Below, piece after piece: positions 40,666-54,781 of a stretch of DNA of 64,000 bases. Position numbers and translations under genes: made by a program. The stretch is from the NCBI GenBank assembly GCA_951406725.2, contig OX597816.1, positions 128,650,001 to 128,714,000 on the forward strand, written 5' to 3'. The notes beneath the pieces are model-generated. The model was not told the origin of the DNA. It ran no database searches and was given only the letters and a program-made list of their open reading frames with translations. The number at the start of each line of letters is the position of its first letter. Positions within the stretch are counted from its first letter, which is position 1. The DNA comes from Octopus vulgaris. Taxonomy: Eukaryota.

Positions 40666-42223
40666 CAGCCTTGGTGAAAAGGATTCGGCCACCCCAATGT
40701 TTTGGAGTTCTGCTGTCTCAGTGTTAAGGAAACTCGTGCACATGGTAGATTATGGTATATTTCACAATATACATTAGTTTTAATATCTGGCTGACACTCC
40801 TTTAGCATGAATTACCACTTTTATACAGTTAGGCATTGAATCAACTAGCTTCTTGCAAGTGCTAAGTGCAATTTTACTCAATTCTTTTCTCAACTGTTGG
40901 TACAAATGCTCTTTATTTTTAATTGCAGTGTTCCTGATAGCTTCATCAAGAGTTCTCCATAGGTGTTGGATTGGATTTAGATCGGGACTTTGAGCCGGCC
41001 AGTCCATGGGAATAATATCTAGTTTCTCAAACTACTGACGAGTATTCTTTGCTGTATGGCATGGGACCTTGTCCTGTTAAAAAATAACACTGTTTTTGAA
41101 CACTCCTGGATGCAATTTAGCAATTGATGGCTCTAAAACATCCGATAACATAGAAACATAGGTAGCTGAATTCATCCTTCCCTGACATAAAAACATTTCT
41201 ACGGGTCCTGTGGCATACATGCAGGCCCACACCATGATAGAACCACCCCCATGTTTTACGGTTGGTACCAGACATTCAGCCTTAAATGTTTCCCCAACTC
41301 TGCGATGCGCGAAAGTTGCACCAGATGTACCGAAAACCAGAGTAAAAACATAAAAAATAATATTATCTTTATGTTGGATAATTTTTTATATATTTTGGCC
41401 AAGAAACCAGTTACATTAAGTTTATATGTTGATTGAACAAATGTACTATCTTACATCATAGTTACTTTTATCAGACCCTATGACTTTCGACCATTGCTCA
41501 CTGGTCCAATTTGAGTGGTTTTCGGCCCACTGAAGACGTTTTTCCATATTCACTTCAGAAACCCCTGGCTTCTTCCTGGCTTTACAGCCTTTCAGACCAT
41601 ACTCTGTAAGCCTTCTTCTAACAGTTCTGGTTGATATTTGTGAAGTACTTGCTTCGTTGAAGTCCACACAGAGCTCTGACGATGTTTTCCTCCTGTTTCT
41701 GAGTGACTGATGGATGATAGATCTATCCTCTCGAGGTGATGTAACCTTTTTTATACCTGTTCTTTGTATTGTCTTTGGATCTTTTGTCTCTCTGAAGCGC
41801 TTGAGAGTCGTTTGCACCACACATCAAGAACATTTCATCTGATGAGCAAGTTGCCTTTGAGATATTCCATCTTCATGATGAGCTATGATTTGACCTCGTT
41901 CACACTCACTCAACTCCCTTGTTTTAGGCATTTTACTGTTTATTAACTATATCAACGACATATTTTAGCATAAAACTCTGAAATAATCAAGGAAACATAA
42001 GTTAATATAAGTTAATTTTGGACGTTCGTTTTACTCATAATTGGTAGCATATGTACAGTACAGTATAAAAGCGGTAATTGATGCTAAAGGATGGTCAACC
42101 AGATATTAAAACTAATGTATATTGTGAAATATACCATAATCTACCATGTGCTCAAGTTTCATTTACATTGAAACAGCAGAACCCCAAAACATTGGGGTCG
42201 CCTAATACATTTGGCCAAGGCTG
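40666..42223 (-). mobile_element. Full-length defective Tc1-family transposon with ~160-bp TIRs, TA TSD and one intron
   Basis: TIRs 40666-40826 and 42063-42223 (cagccttgg.../...ccaaggctg). Motifs ISTRTVRRRL, SDKS, VKHGGGSIMVWAC, QDKVPCH, WPAQSPDLNPIQHLW (catalytic E to Q). Putative intron 41454-41338. Confidence 0.92.
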
Positions 42224-42233
42224 TATATATAGG

Positions 42234-42673
42234 TAATAAGAGTAGAAATTAATATTGTTAATTAATGTCAATTTCAGCCAGTGGTCAGCACACTTGAAAA
42301 AAACGTCCGAGGACAGTGAATTCTATTTAATATAAACAATATGAGAGACCACTATGTGGATCCCTTATATGCTAACATTAGATGTCAAACCATCTTACCA
42401 TGAAATTTGTGTTTTCAAATTAGCAAGACACTAGATGTTTACAAGCTAGACAAATGAAAACAAATAAACATAGCACTTAATTCCATACCTTAAGGTTTTG
42501 ACATGAACAATTCAATAATTGTCTGTGTCTCCCAGTGAAATCGGTGCTGACACAGCAATGGAACTGGACACCACCCATCTCCGTGAGAGGATATGAATGT
42601 ATAGAGTTTTAAGTATGCTGACTACTGGTTGAAATTGATATTATTTAATAATATTAATTTCTACTCTTATTTA
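42234..42673. repeat. Foldback element with ~70-bp inverted arms (possibly Penelope-derived)
   Basis: taataagagtagaaattaatatt...cagcacacttgaaa versus ttttaagtatgctg...aatattaatttctactcttattta. Confidence 0.6.
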
Positions 42674-42754
42674 ATTTCAAACATCTGTGTTCTCTACCCA
42701 GTTGATTCACTGCTGAATATCATTCATTGCATTTATTTTCTGGCTTAGCATGCT

Positions 42755-43135
42755 AGTACAAGGGTGTTTGAACCGAAGTTAAAATACATGATATTGGAAC
42801 TCAATACATTCCAGCAGAAGGTCACTCCATTGACCCAAATACTTAGGAGACAACTACCAAGGACCACTCAAAATGGAAGTGTGTCATCACCAAGGGAACA
42901 GACCAGATGGAAAATAACATTCGTCAAAAGGTAGAGATCAAATGCAAAGAGCAACTTACACTTCCTCATGCCCTGCCAACGCTCTCCTGTGATAAATGCC
43001 CTAGCTCTTCTATACCACCCTTGCTCTGAACAGCCACCTCAGGCACCAGCACCCTTCATACCCATCAAAGTGAAGAAGCTCAATCACTCAATACAGGTCT
43101 ACTATTCAGATATGGGTTAATGCCATCAATGACAA
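42755..43135 (+). mobile_element. Degenerate RTE 3' fragment
   Basis: IDPNT*E...DHSKWKCVITKGTDQMENN...LSCDKCP...LNSHLRHQH zinc-finger tail. Confidence 0.55.
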
Positions 43136-43909
43136 TATATACACAGCATAATATAATACTTCATTTATAATATGTATATATTACAGGGTGTTCCCCCACA
43201 CATGATGTACACATCTTATGAACTGAAAAAATAATAGAAACTATATTATCTATTAGCATTTTTTCATTAACTCTAAAATACTACAAAATCAACCTCTTAT
43301 ACAAAGGATATTGTGACCAGCCTATGAAACATCTATTCATTCCTTTACAACTATGCATGAGACTACATTCATAAAACAAGACATACATATATGTACATGT
43401 ACTGGCTCCAAATACTGCATACTTACACACATATATGTTGTTGAAATTCCCATGAAGGAGCCTTGGGTCTAGGTTAGAAACCAGCTCTTTCTCTATTGGT
43501 AAGAAATCTCGAAATAAAACTGAATAATGACTGACATACATACATACACACACATGCATGCATGCACATACACATACATACATACATACATACATACATA
43601 CATACATACATACATACATACATACATGCATGCATGTGACTAATATTTATCTTCTCAGTTTACATTTTAATCAGATGTGTGATAAATGTTACTCTGGGAA
43701 GTTAATCTATTTTTTGGTGCTGCATGATCAGTACTTATCTTTTTATCAACCCCACAGAGAAAAAAAATTGAAATCAATCCAAATGAGATTTGAACTCTGT
43801 ACATAAAAGATTAGAAATATATGATGTAAAGCATTTAATCTTACATGCTATGATTTCTACAGCTCCACCACTCTTTGCTTCATAATAGTGATATAACTAC
43901 TACTACTAC

Positions 43910-43949
<40 letters not shown>

Positions 43950-45024
43950 CTTTTACGATTTTGATAATTTATTGATATCACTATAGTGATATTTATGAGT
44001 ATTTAACTGAAGACACTCAAGAAAATTCTAAACAGGTTCTCTGAGAAGGAACATTTTAAGTATTTATTTTTTTTTTTAATAATTCCATATGGAAATTTTC
44101 CTTATTCTCTCTCTCCCATCTCAATAACCTCATGAAACATTGATCTTTTCTGTTGTTTTTTTTTTTTTCCTTTTTAAAATTTTGTTTTGTTTTGTTTTTT
44201 CTTCATTCTATATGAAACCTCTGAAACTTGAAATATTATCTTATTTCATTTCAACTGTACATCTTCTCTATGTTTATACTATTCATCTATATTAATACTA
44301 TTCATTTTTGAAAAGTAGCAAATTAATCAACACCACAGGTTGTTATGGAATAAGAGAGAGAGAGAGAAGCAAAAGACAGCAAGAGAGAAAGAGGGAGATG
44401 GAAAGAGAAAGGGAGAAAAAATGTTGATAGTGAAAGAGAAAGGGTTGATTTCTATGTGTATCTTTCAGAGATAGTTGACTATATGGCTAAAAAACTTGCT
44501 TCCTAACCAAAAGACTTTGGATTTGTTCTCACTGCATTATTCCGTTGGTAAGTGTCTTTTACTATATGCATTGTATATTGTATATGATCAACATCGTCAT
44601 TGTTTGACGTCCGTCCTCCATGCTGGCATGGGTGAGATCATTTGACAGGAATTGGCTAGCTGGAGAGCTGCTTGACTCCATTTTTTTGTTTTGGCATGGT
44701 TTCCATGGCTGGATGTTCTTCCTTAATACCAATCATTTTACAGAGTGTTCTGGGTGCTTCTACATGGCACCAACATGAGTGCTTTTATGTAGCCCTGGCA
44801 CAGGTGCTTTTACGTGGCACCAGAGCCCAAGAGCCTGCAAGACTAGGATCTCTCAGCTGAGAGAGGGATGTAGGTGCCATGCTTATATGCATGGACAGCC
44901 AAGATTTTATTTAGCTTGGCATGTCTTCTCAAGCACAGCAATCTGTCAGAAGTCTTTGGTTCCTTGTCATCTCTGTGAGGCCCAATGTATGAAGTTCCTT
45001 TTCCCCACTTCATCCCACATGTTC

Positions 45025-45061
<37 letters not shown>

Positions 45062-45063
<2 letters not shown>

Positions 45064-45213
45064 ATTAATGAGAGAAACAGAAGATGGAAGCTACAAGAAT
45101 GTTTATCAATCACTATAATTGTTTCAACCTATCTAGCATCGATCCCTTAAGGGCAGAATACTCAACTGATTTAAGAATACCCAACAGTGTAGATGTGTCT
45201 CTTCAGGTGATAG
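45062..45213 (-). mobile_element. Penelope-like terminal fragment with a degenerate minimal hammerhead (45109-45211)
   Basis: Minus strand ATCAC-CTGAAGA-gacacatcta...tagataggtt-GAAAC-AATT-A-TA-GTGAT. Homologous to 62080-62235. Confidence 0.6.
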
Positions 45214-45231
45214 TATGATGTACATATATGT

Positions 45232-45395
45232 AGGCATAGGAGTGGCTGTGCGTTAAGTAGCTTGCTTACAAACCACATGGTTCCGGGTTCAGTCCCACTG
45301 CATAGCACCTTGGGTAAGTGTCTTCTACTATAGCCTCAGGCTGGCCAAAGCATTGTGAGTGGATTTGGTAGACAGAAACTGAAAGAATCCCATCG

Positions 45396-45438
<43 letters not shown>

Positions 45439-45456
45439 TTGTGTTTGTGTGTGTGC

Positions 45457-45494
<38 letters not shown>

Positions 45495-45716
45495 GTATAT
45501 ATGTTGGTGTGCCTATGTTTGTCCTCACCAACATTGCTTGACAACTGATGCCGGTGTGTTTACATCCTCATAACTTAGTGGTTCGGCAAAAGAGACTGAT
45601 AGAATAAGTACTAGGCTTACAAAGTATAAGTCCCAGGGTCGATTTGCTTGATTAAAGGCTGTGCTCCAGCATGGCCACAGTCAAATGACTGAAACAAGTA
45701 AAAGAGTAAAAAGAGT
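45232..45716 (+). mobile_element. tRNA-derived SINE family A (CORE-like, internal microsatellite), best-preserved copy
   Basis: A box TGGCTGTGCGTTAAG, B box GGTTCAGTCCC, CCTTGGGTAAGT core-like segment, internal (TA)/(TG), tail GAAACAAGTAAAAGAG. Confidence 0.85.
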
Positions 45717-47759
45717 ATATGAATGAATGTACAAACAAAGGAAAGCAGCACTCAACATATTTGGTGCATGTAAGATTAACAATAAAAAAAAAAAAGCTGG
45801 TGTTGCTTCCATGGCATTAACACTATGTGACCTGAGCTGACCACTAGAGACCTAACATCTAAAAGCCATCTTGAACTTGTCTCAAATCTCTCACTCTTCT
45901 CCTAATATCTGATGAGATGGATACATACTGCACACTCACAAAACTTTAACCTTTTAGCACTTAAACTGGCCATGTCCAGCTAAAATATTCTACTTGTTTT
46001 AGTTTCAAACCAACCGGATTTGGCCTTTCACACTTACCTTAGAATATAATTCTAAAAATTAACAATCACATTATTGAAATATCAAAGCCACAAGGTAACA
46101 CATGGCTAATTCAAACCAATGTGAATAAATAAGTATTACATTTGACAGAAATCTGAATGCTGAAGAGTTTAAGTTATATGGAGTGGGGGCATGTGTCATA
46201 GTGGTTAAGATGTTGGACTCATGATCATAAGATCATGGATTCGATTCCTGGACCAGGTGATGTGTTGTGTTCTTGAGCAAAACACTTCGTTTCACGTTGC
46301 TCCAGACCACTCAGCTAGCAAAAATGAGTAATCCTGTGACAGACTGGCATCCTGTCCAGGTGGTGAATATATACATCAAGGAAACTGGGAAACTGACCCT
46401 TATGTGTCAGTATGTCCCGAGAAGGTAACATTACCATTTTTACCTTAAATCATATGGGGTTAAGTCAAATTGCTATTAATACAGACACACACACGTGTGT
46501 GTATGCATGTGTCTGTATGTATATGTGTGCATGTGTGTATATGTGTGCATGTGTGTGTATATGTGAGCATGCATGTATTTATACCTGTACATGTATCTTT
46601 CTGTGGATGTGAGTTTGTATTTCTCTTGCATTCTTTGATTTATAAACAATGGTTTCCTTGTGGTTTCATTTGCTTCCTCTCCACCATGAAAGAATGTCCA
46701 GATTTCTCATGTCTTGAGAGGTTGCATGCTTTTGTAAACAAATAGCTTGAGCATACAATATCATTTGTATCCAGTTTTTTGAGTTGTTTGTTGTTCGATA
46801 GGATTGGAGATTATTACTCTATATGGAAACAACGGGAATACTGGCTACGGGATGGACATCGAGTTGTAGCAAACTCTACTACAATGTACTCTCATTTGAC
46901 TTGTGCAAGCATGGAAAAGTACATGCTAAAATGATAATAACGATAATGAAGATGATGATGATGGTGTTTATCATGTTGATGGCAATGATGAAGATGATTA
47001 TGATGATGATGGTGATGGTGGTGGTGGTGTTGTTGGTGTTGGTGTTGGTAGTGGTAGTGGTTTTATTGGTGGTGATTAATGATGATGGTGATGATGATAA
47101 CAATAATAAATGTATTCTGGGGTACCTTTTAGTGAGCACACACATGCTTATGCATTCACACACACACACACATTCACGTAAATGCACATACACATGCATT
47201 CACACACACATGCACACACACGCGCACACATATGTACATGCATTAAGGGTGTATTGAGTACAACCAGGTGGCTGATTCTTATTTATCTGTTAAGAAATAA
47301 GGCCTAGAAATAATTAAGTTGAAAGAAGTGTACATCGCTAACAAAATATTTTTTACCCCACCCAGTTTTCTTTTGTTTTTACTTCCTTTTTTCTTCCATT
47401 TTTTCCACCCAACTCCATTTTATAGCCTCTGTGGGTACATTAGCTTATGTTTACAAACTCAAGTCAAGCTGTATATTACACCTGCTAAGAGAGTTCTATA
47501 CAGATAATTAATTCCAACAAAGGGTGTTTCATATAAAGATTCAGGAACTGCCTGGCAGAGATGAGATTCAGAAGATTTGCTTGGTAAAGTAAAAAAGAAA
47601 AGTATAAATACATGAACTCACACACAAAAAAAAATACATGTTTGTACATACATAAATAGGGCTGATGCCAATTCACATGGGCACACGTACCCCATTCATA
47701 CAGAGAAACCAGTTTTGGAGGAATTGGTGTGTTTTTAATGTTTTTGGTAATATAGCACC

Positions 47760-47906
47760 CTCTCTCTCTCTCTCTCTCTCATACTCTGTCTTTCTGTGTC
47801 TATATCTATGTATATGTATATATGTATGTACATGTGTGTATGTTTATGTATGTATTTATACATACACACATACATGCATACATACATACATACATACATA
47901 TATACA

Positions 47907-47941
<35 letters not shown>

Positions 47942-48230
47942 GTATATATATATATACACACATATTATGAAATAAACACAGACATACAGATAGATAGATA
48001 AACTGATAGACAGACACACACACACACACATGCATGCATATATATATATATACATATATAGGTAGGCAGGAAGATAGATAGATAGATATGCATACACATA
48101 CATGCCTATACACACGCATGCAAACATATACATACATATATCGACAGAGAAAAAGTTTGTGCAATGGGACTTGAAAGAAAGAGAAAAATGTCAAAACAAT
48201 CAACAAACAACAAACAAAACAAATGCGCGA

Positions 48231-48278
<48 letters not shown>

Positions 48279-48962
48279 ATGTACACTTGTGAGTGTTTGG
48301 GTGTGTGTTTGTATGTGTGTGTATTCCTCTATCTGTATATGTCTATCTGTCTATCTATCCACGTCTATCTGTTTTTTGTTTTAGATTTCATGGGGGCAGA
48401 GGAAGGCTTCTGCTTTTGTGTTTTTTTTTTCTTTTTGATTCTCCTCTTATTGCTCCATAAGTCTCCAATGCGCTTCCCTTCTTTTTTTTTATAATTTTTT
48501 TTTCCTCAGTAATTCCCCAAAGACAACCTACCAGCTATGCTTACTGATTGTTTATTTGTGTTCAAGTCCTTATCATCATGTTGCTGGACCATTACAAAAC
48601 AAAATACTTGTTTATGTAGACATACTCCATGGCAAACTATTCTTAAAACAAATAAAATAACTGAAGACACATAACAACAACAACACGCACAGAAGATACA
48701 CTTTGTGGCAGCAGAATGGCATTCTCATCACAGACGACTGCTCTGTCTATCTGTCTGTTTGTATGCATGTGTATGTATGTATGTATGTATGTATGTATGT
48801 ATGTATGTATGTATGTATGCATGCATGTATGTATGTATGTATCAACGTATTTATGTATCCATGTATGAATATGTGCTCCAGCATAGCCACAGTCAAATGA
48901 ATCAAAACAAGCAAGAGAATAGAAGAATAATAAGGATCTATGTGTGTATGCCTGTGTTCGTG

Positions 48963-48994
<32 letters not shown>

Positions 48995-50120
48995 CATGCA
49001 TGCATGCATGCATGTATGTATGAGTTTGTGTTTGTGTTCATGTATATATGTATGAATGTATTTATGTACCAATGTACGAATATGTGTGCTCCAGCATGGC
49101 CACAGTCAAATGAATGAAACAAGTAAAAGAATAGAAGAATAATATGGATGTATGTATGTGTGTGTGTGCATGTGTTTGTGTATGTATGTATGTATGTATG
49201 TGTGTGTGTGTGTACATATGCATGCACGTAGGAGAGTATGTATATACACATACGTGAGTGTCTATATATGTATGTACATACATATGTATGTATGTGTGTA
49301 TGTATGTATGCATATATATATATATATATATACCTATGCATATGTATGTTTGTGTATGTATGAATGTATTTATGCATGTATGCACTTGTGTATGTATATA
49401 TGCATATGGGAGTGTATGTGTGTATGTATGCATGTATGTACGTATATATATATATATATATATATATAAGTAGCTATACATGTTTGTATATATGTATGTA
49501 CATTTGTATGTTAGATGTATATGTGTAAATATGTATGGATACATGTATGTAATTTTCGAATGTTATACTTATGTATTTGTATGTACATATGTATATAGGT
49601 GTGAGTGTTTGTACATGTCTGTCTGTGTGCATATCTACGTACACTCTGGCACATTGTCCTATGCACACATGTATATGCATATGTATATAAGCATGTCTGT
49701 ATATATATATATATAGGAATATTTGTAGATGTGTATGTTTGCATATGTATAATGCTTACACATATATGTATGTGAATATACATGTATGTATGGTTTGAGC
49801 GTACATGCTGATGTATTTGTATATGTCTGTGAATGTACATATGTCTAGATACACTGATGTGTATGCAGATGTGTGTGCATGTGTATGTATGTATGTATGT
49901 ATGTATGTATGTATGTATGTATGTATGTATGTATGTATGCATGCATGTATGCGTGCATGTATGTATGTATGTATGTATGTATGTGTGATTGTAAATATTT
50001 ATTTAGGTGCTTCCTGCAGGTCACCTACAAAGTTGCAAGACATTTATTGTACTTAAGATAATACCAAGTTACGTGTGTATATATGCATGTGTATGTATGT
50101 ATACATATTACACACATGTG

Positions 50121-50176
<56 letters not shown>

Positions 50177-50324
50177 CACACATACTTATAGATATATACA
50201 TATACATTTATGCATGTGTACACACACACACAAACACATATATTCATCTATATATGTATACAAGTCTTTCTCTGCTGTCCTCACAGCTTTACTGCATTCA
50301 AAATGTCCTTTCTTGTCTTTAAAA

Positions 50325-50355
<31 letters not shown>

Positions 50356-50451
50356 GGGTGTATATATATATATTCCAGTATGTATGTACACATACATATA
50401 AATGTTGTATGTATGTATGTATCTGTCCATATATATATATACACATACATA

Positions 50452-50516
<65 letters not shown>

Positions 50517-50560
50517 TTGTGTTTGTACATGTACATGGGTGTGTGCTTACATATGATCAT
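47760..50560. repeat. Compound (TA)/(TG)/(TATG) microsatellite field with two SINE-tail fragments (~48870 and ~49085)
   Basis: Read directly; it is the source of many spurious Y/I/H/T/C/V/M ORFs. Confidence 0.85.
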
Positions 50561-51031
50561 GCACATCTGCCTTCAGAGAATGCAAATAATTAACAGATTT
50601 CATCTATTGCAATCGTAGATTGGATTTATTGCATGTAATTCAGCCATCTCTTTATTTTGTTTATTCACTTATTTTGTTCTTCTCCAGAAAACCTCTGTAG
50701 TTCTTGTGTACTATGTAAGCTTTTTGCTTGCATAGTCTAATACATAGCTTCTAGCTTTGATAGCCACTGTATATAATACTTAGAAAGTACACTAATAACT
50801 GTGGCGAGGATAGGAATCTTTATATGAAGTACAAACATTCTAGATTCTGTATAAGTTTGCTGTGAATTTTATCGTCTACCAATTCAATGAGACAATCACA
50901 TCTGCTGAGCAGTAAAACATCAAACATGGTTGTTATTGTAGTTGATGTTTAGCCCAAGTTCAGGCAAATCAAACTTATGATCAGGCAGACCTTATAAATA
51001 TCAAAAGTATTTCAGCCATGAAAAATCTAGT

Positions 51032-51302
51032 CTTTATTCTTTTATTTGTTTCAAACATCTGGCTGTGGCCATGCTGAAGCAACACCTTTAAGGGTGGTTT
51101 AGTTGAAGAAAGCACCCCAAAGACTTATTCTTTGCAAACCTAATACTTATTCTATCGGTCTCTTTTGCCAAACTGCTAAGTTATGTGGATGTAAACACAC
51201 AAACATCAGTTGTAAAGTGATAGTGGAGGGACAATACAGACTCAAAGACCCACACACATAAACATATATATATATTATATATATATATATATATATACAA
51301 AT

Positions 51303-51395
<93 letters not shown>

Positions 51396-51734
51396 CAACT
51401 TATAAACAAGGGCAAAAGAAAAGAATTCCAATGCCAAATATGCCAAAAATAGACTTAAATCATCAATAACCACACATAATTCATCACTATAAGCACACGT
51501 CTCGAAGCAAGCCGACAGAAATTTCTAAAAAAATTCCATTATTACCGAATTTCTGAGTAAATTCATAAAGAATTCTCTCGTCGTCAAAATAGAGGATTTA
51601 AGTCTATTTTTGGCATATTTGGCATTGGAATTTTTTCTTTTGCCCTTGTTTATAAGTTATTTATAAATTTAAACTTTAAAGGTATTTTTTAATATGCTGG
51701 TCACTAATAAAATTTTTTTGAAAATTTTATCCTG

Positions 51735-51778
<44 letters not shown>

Positions 51779-51935
51779 GGGCTTCTTTCAGTTTCCATCT
51801 ACCATATCCACTTACAGAGCTTTGGTCAGCCCAGAGCTATAGCTGAAGATACTTGCCCTAAGTGCCATGCAGTGGGACTGAACCTGGAACCATGTGGTTG
51901 GGAAGCAAGCTTCATACCACACAGTCACACCTGTG
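51032..51935 (-). mobile_element. SINE family A copy interrupted by a foldback element
   Basis: Tail half 51032-51260, head half 51778-51935. Confidence 0.75.
51395..51662. repeat. Foldback element with ~65-bp inverted arms, inserted in (TA)n inside a SINE
   Basis: aacttataaacaagggcaaaagaaaa...gacttaaatc versus gatttaagtc...ttttcttttgcccttgtttataagtt. Confidence 0.7.
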
Positions 51936-52016
51936 CTTGTCGTTGTGTCTTTTTTTTTTTGTACCTTTTCATACAGAATTTACCACCATCATCTCCATCA
52001 CAACCACCACCACTAC

Positions 52017-52052
<36 letters not shown>

Positions 52053-52966
52053 TATCATCATTATCATCTGAAAAGTGTTGGAGAATTCCATGAGGCAGCT
52101 GCCCAAATCATCACAGAGCTATCTTCGTGCTTCACGGTAAGAGCCAAAGAATCAGGGTTGAATGCTTCTTTCAGCTGTCTCCAGACATAAAAATTGCTCT
52201 GAAGTGGGAAAAAGAGTGAAGGAAGGAAGGAAGGATAGATGGATGTATAAATGGATGGATGAATGGATGGATATCATAGATTTCCATACAGTTCCATTTA
52301 CCAAATGTTACTTGCTAGATATGATTCAGTCAGAGGCTATTGTACAAGACACTACCATGCAGTAAAACTGAACTCAAAACCCCATACTTGCAAAGTGATG
52401 TTTTTAGCCATTCATCTATTGTTGCACCACTACCAATGACCAAATTGTTCAATGTGTCTTTTAGTTTTCAAAAGCAGTAGAGTAGGGCTTAATGGATATT
52501 TAGCTGCTTTTTCTAGCAGGTCAAGAGACAACTTAGTGACTTTGATATGACAAGGAGTAAAGAAGAAAATTTATCACTTTTAAATAAAGAAAATTATGTC
52601 ATAAGGAGTCGTCTTTGTGTTCTTGTGGAGATTATTCAGAAACTAATAGCATTATTCATTACAATGCAAATGAAAAAAGAAATTATCAGGTCTGAGTATA
52701 AAGAGTTTCAAGTTGCAATTTGTTTTCAATGTTCCACTGACCATAAATATAACCTTCCAATTTATAGAAGTTATAAAAATGCTTAACTTTTTAGTATTTA
52801 AACTGGCCATATCCAGCCCAAATATTATATCTGTTTTATGTATTGACTGCTGATATCCAGCCTCTCACACCTACCCAACAATGTCATACTAAAAGTAAAC
52901 AAGCACATCATTGAAATCTCAACCCCAAAAGATAATGCATGAGTAATTTAAAATAGTGAGAAGCAT

Positions 52967-53786
52967 TGGCTGTGTAATAAGAAGCTTGCTTCCCAACCAC
53001 GTAGTTCTGGGTTCAGTCCTACTGCTTGGCATCTTGGGCAAATGCAAATGTCTTCTACTCTAGCCTCAGGTTGAACTAAAGCCTTGTGAGTGGATTTGGT
53101 AGACAGAAACTGAAAGAAGGTAGATATATATTAATATATATATATATATATATATATACTAGCATTAAAGACCCGTCGTTGCCGGGTCATAGTGCTAGTG
53201 CATGTATATATGTGTACATATTACTTTCACTTCTTTACAACACAGAAGTCTATGTTAACCTTACAAACTTTTCACACACCCTATCCCAAGAAACTGAATT
53301 ACATCTCCCTTTCTAAACTGCATCTGTTTTCTGCGATTTTATGCTGACTATGTCCACCTTCAGAATGACCCACAATACAGCCTCTTTGAAATTCAAACAG
53401 TTCCAAGGCTTCTTTTGTACATGGCATGATTAAACAGTCACGTATAGAACTTGAAACATAAAGATGTCAATTAATAAAAAACCTTTACAAGTTAGAATAA
53501 ACATAAAACGAAGTTTTATAGAGTGTCTATTTATTTCTGTCGTGTTTGTGTAAGTATATTTATGTGTGTGTGTGTGTCCTTGTGTCTGTGTTTGTCCCCC
53601 ACCATCACTTGACAACCAATATTGGTGTATTTACATCCCCATAACTTAGCAGCTCAGCAAAAGAGATTGATAGAATAAATACAAGGCTTACGAATAACAA
53701 GCCCTGGGGTCGATTTCTTCAACTAAAACCCTTTAAGGCAGTGCTCCAGTATGGCTGCAGTCAGATGACTGAAACATGGAAAAGAA
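52967..53786 (+). mobile_element. SINE family A copy interrupted by a Helitron fragment
   Basis: Head 52967-53125, tail ~53560-53786. Confidence 0.75.
53159..53545 (-). mobile_element. Helitron 3' fragment nested in a SINE
   Basis: CTAG at 53159-62 with subterminal hairpin gacccgtcgttgccgggtc. The 5' boundary is uncertain. Confidence 0.5.
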
Positions 53787-54734
53787 TTACATCAGACAGA
53801 ATAGTCTCAATGCTAAAGGTTTAACAACACAAAACATAATCGTTCTCTTTTTTCCTATCTATATCTTTACCCCATCATTTTTCTTCGGTGTTTATTTTGT
53901 CTTATATCAAATAAGAGGTGTTATATGTCATTTTCAGTCTGTCATGCCTTAACAGCTTTACAGGGATGCTTGAATTGATTAGATAAATAAATAAAATACA
54001 GATGTACTGGATTCTGAAAGGCAGAAAACTTATGTTTGATATCATAAAATGGAAGAATGCAGAGTCAGTTATAAGAAACATCATTTGATAAGGCAAAGAT
54101 GATATTAGAGCTAATCATATTCTTCAAGCTTAAATAAAACTACTTGGTATGGTTTTGTTTATTTTTAAAACATGCTAAAAATTACTTAACTGAATGCTAC
54201 ACTGAAATGTTGTGTAGTATATAGCTTAATGCTTTTTCTTTCATTCCAGGTTCATATCCTGATGTAATCAGCTTGTTTTCTTCCTCTCGTGGCCAATAAA
54301 ATACAGAACTTTACTGAATGTATTGGGATTGAAAATTTGGTTCGACTATCATCATCATCATCATCGATATCATCAACTTCATCATCGTCATCATTAACTT
54401 TGTCCTCATCATCATCATCATTATCCCCACACTACCATTACTTTCATCATCATTTTAATGTCTATTTTTCCATGCCTGCATGAATTGGATGGAATTTGTT
54501 GAGACAGTTTTTCTACAGCAGAAAGCCTTTCCCGACACTAACTCTCACCTGTTACAAAGTAAGGTAATATTTCTCCATGAGCAGACATGTTTGCACAGAC
54601 AACTGGAAAAAAAAGGACACAACTGGCATTATGGCAACAGTTGTTTACAACTATCATACAATGGATAAGGTAAGAAGACAGTAACACATATACACACATA
54701 TGCATATATACATAAATATATATGTGTGTTTGTA

Positions 54735-54770
<36 letters not shown>

Positions 54771-54781
54771 TATACATGTTT

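Noticed and set aside
47665-50618. Many overlapping ORFs rich in Y/I/H/T/C/V/M (also at 12.6-14.0, 18.5-19.5, 43.3-43.8, 58.6-59.4 and 60.6-60.9 kb)
   Set aside because: They are translations of stop-free (TA)/(TG)/(TATG) microsatellites, with no coding signal.
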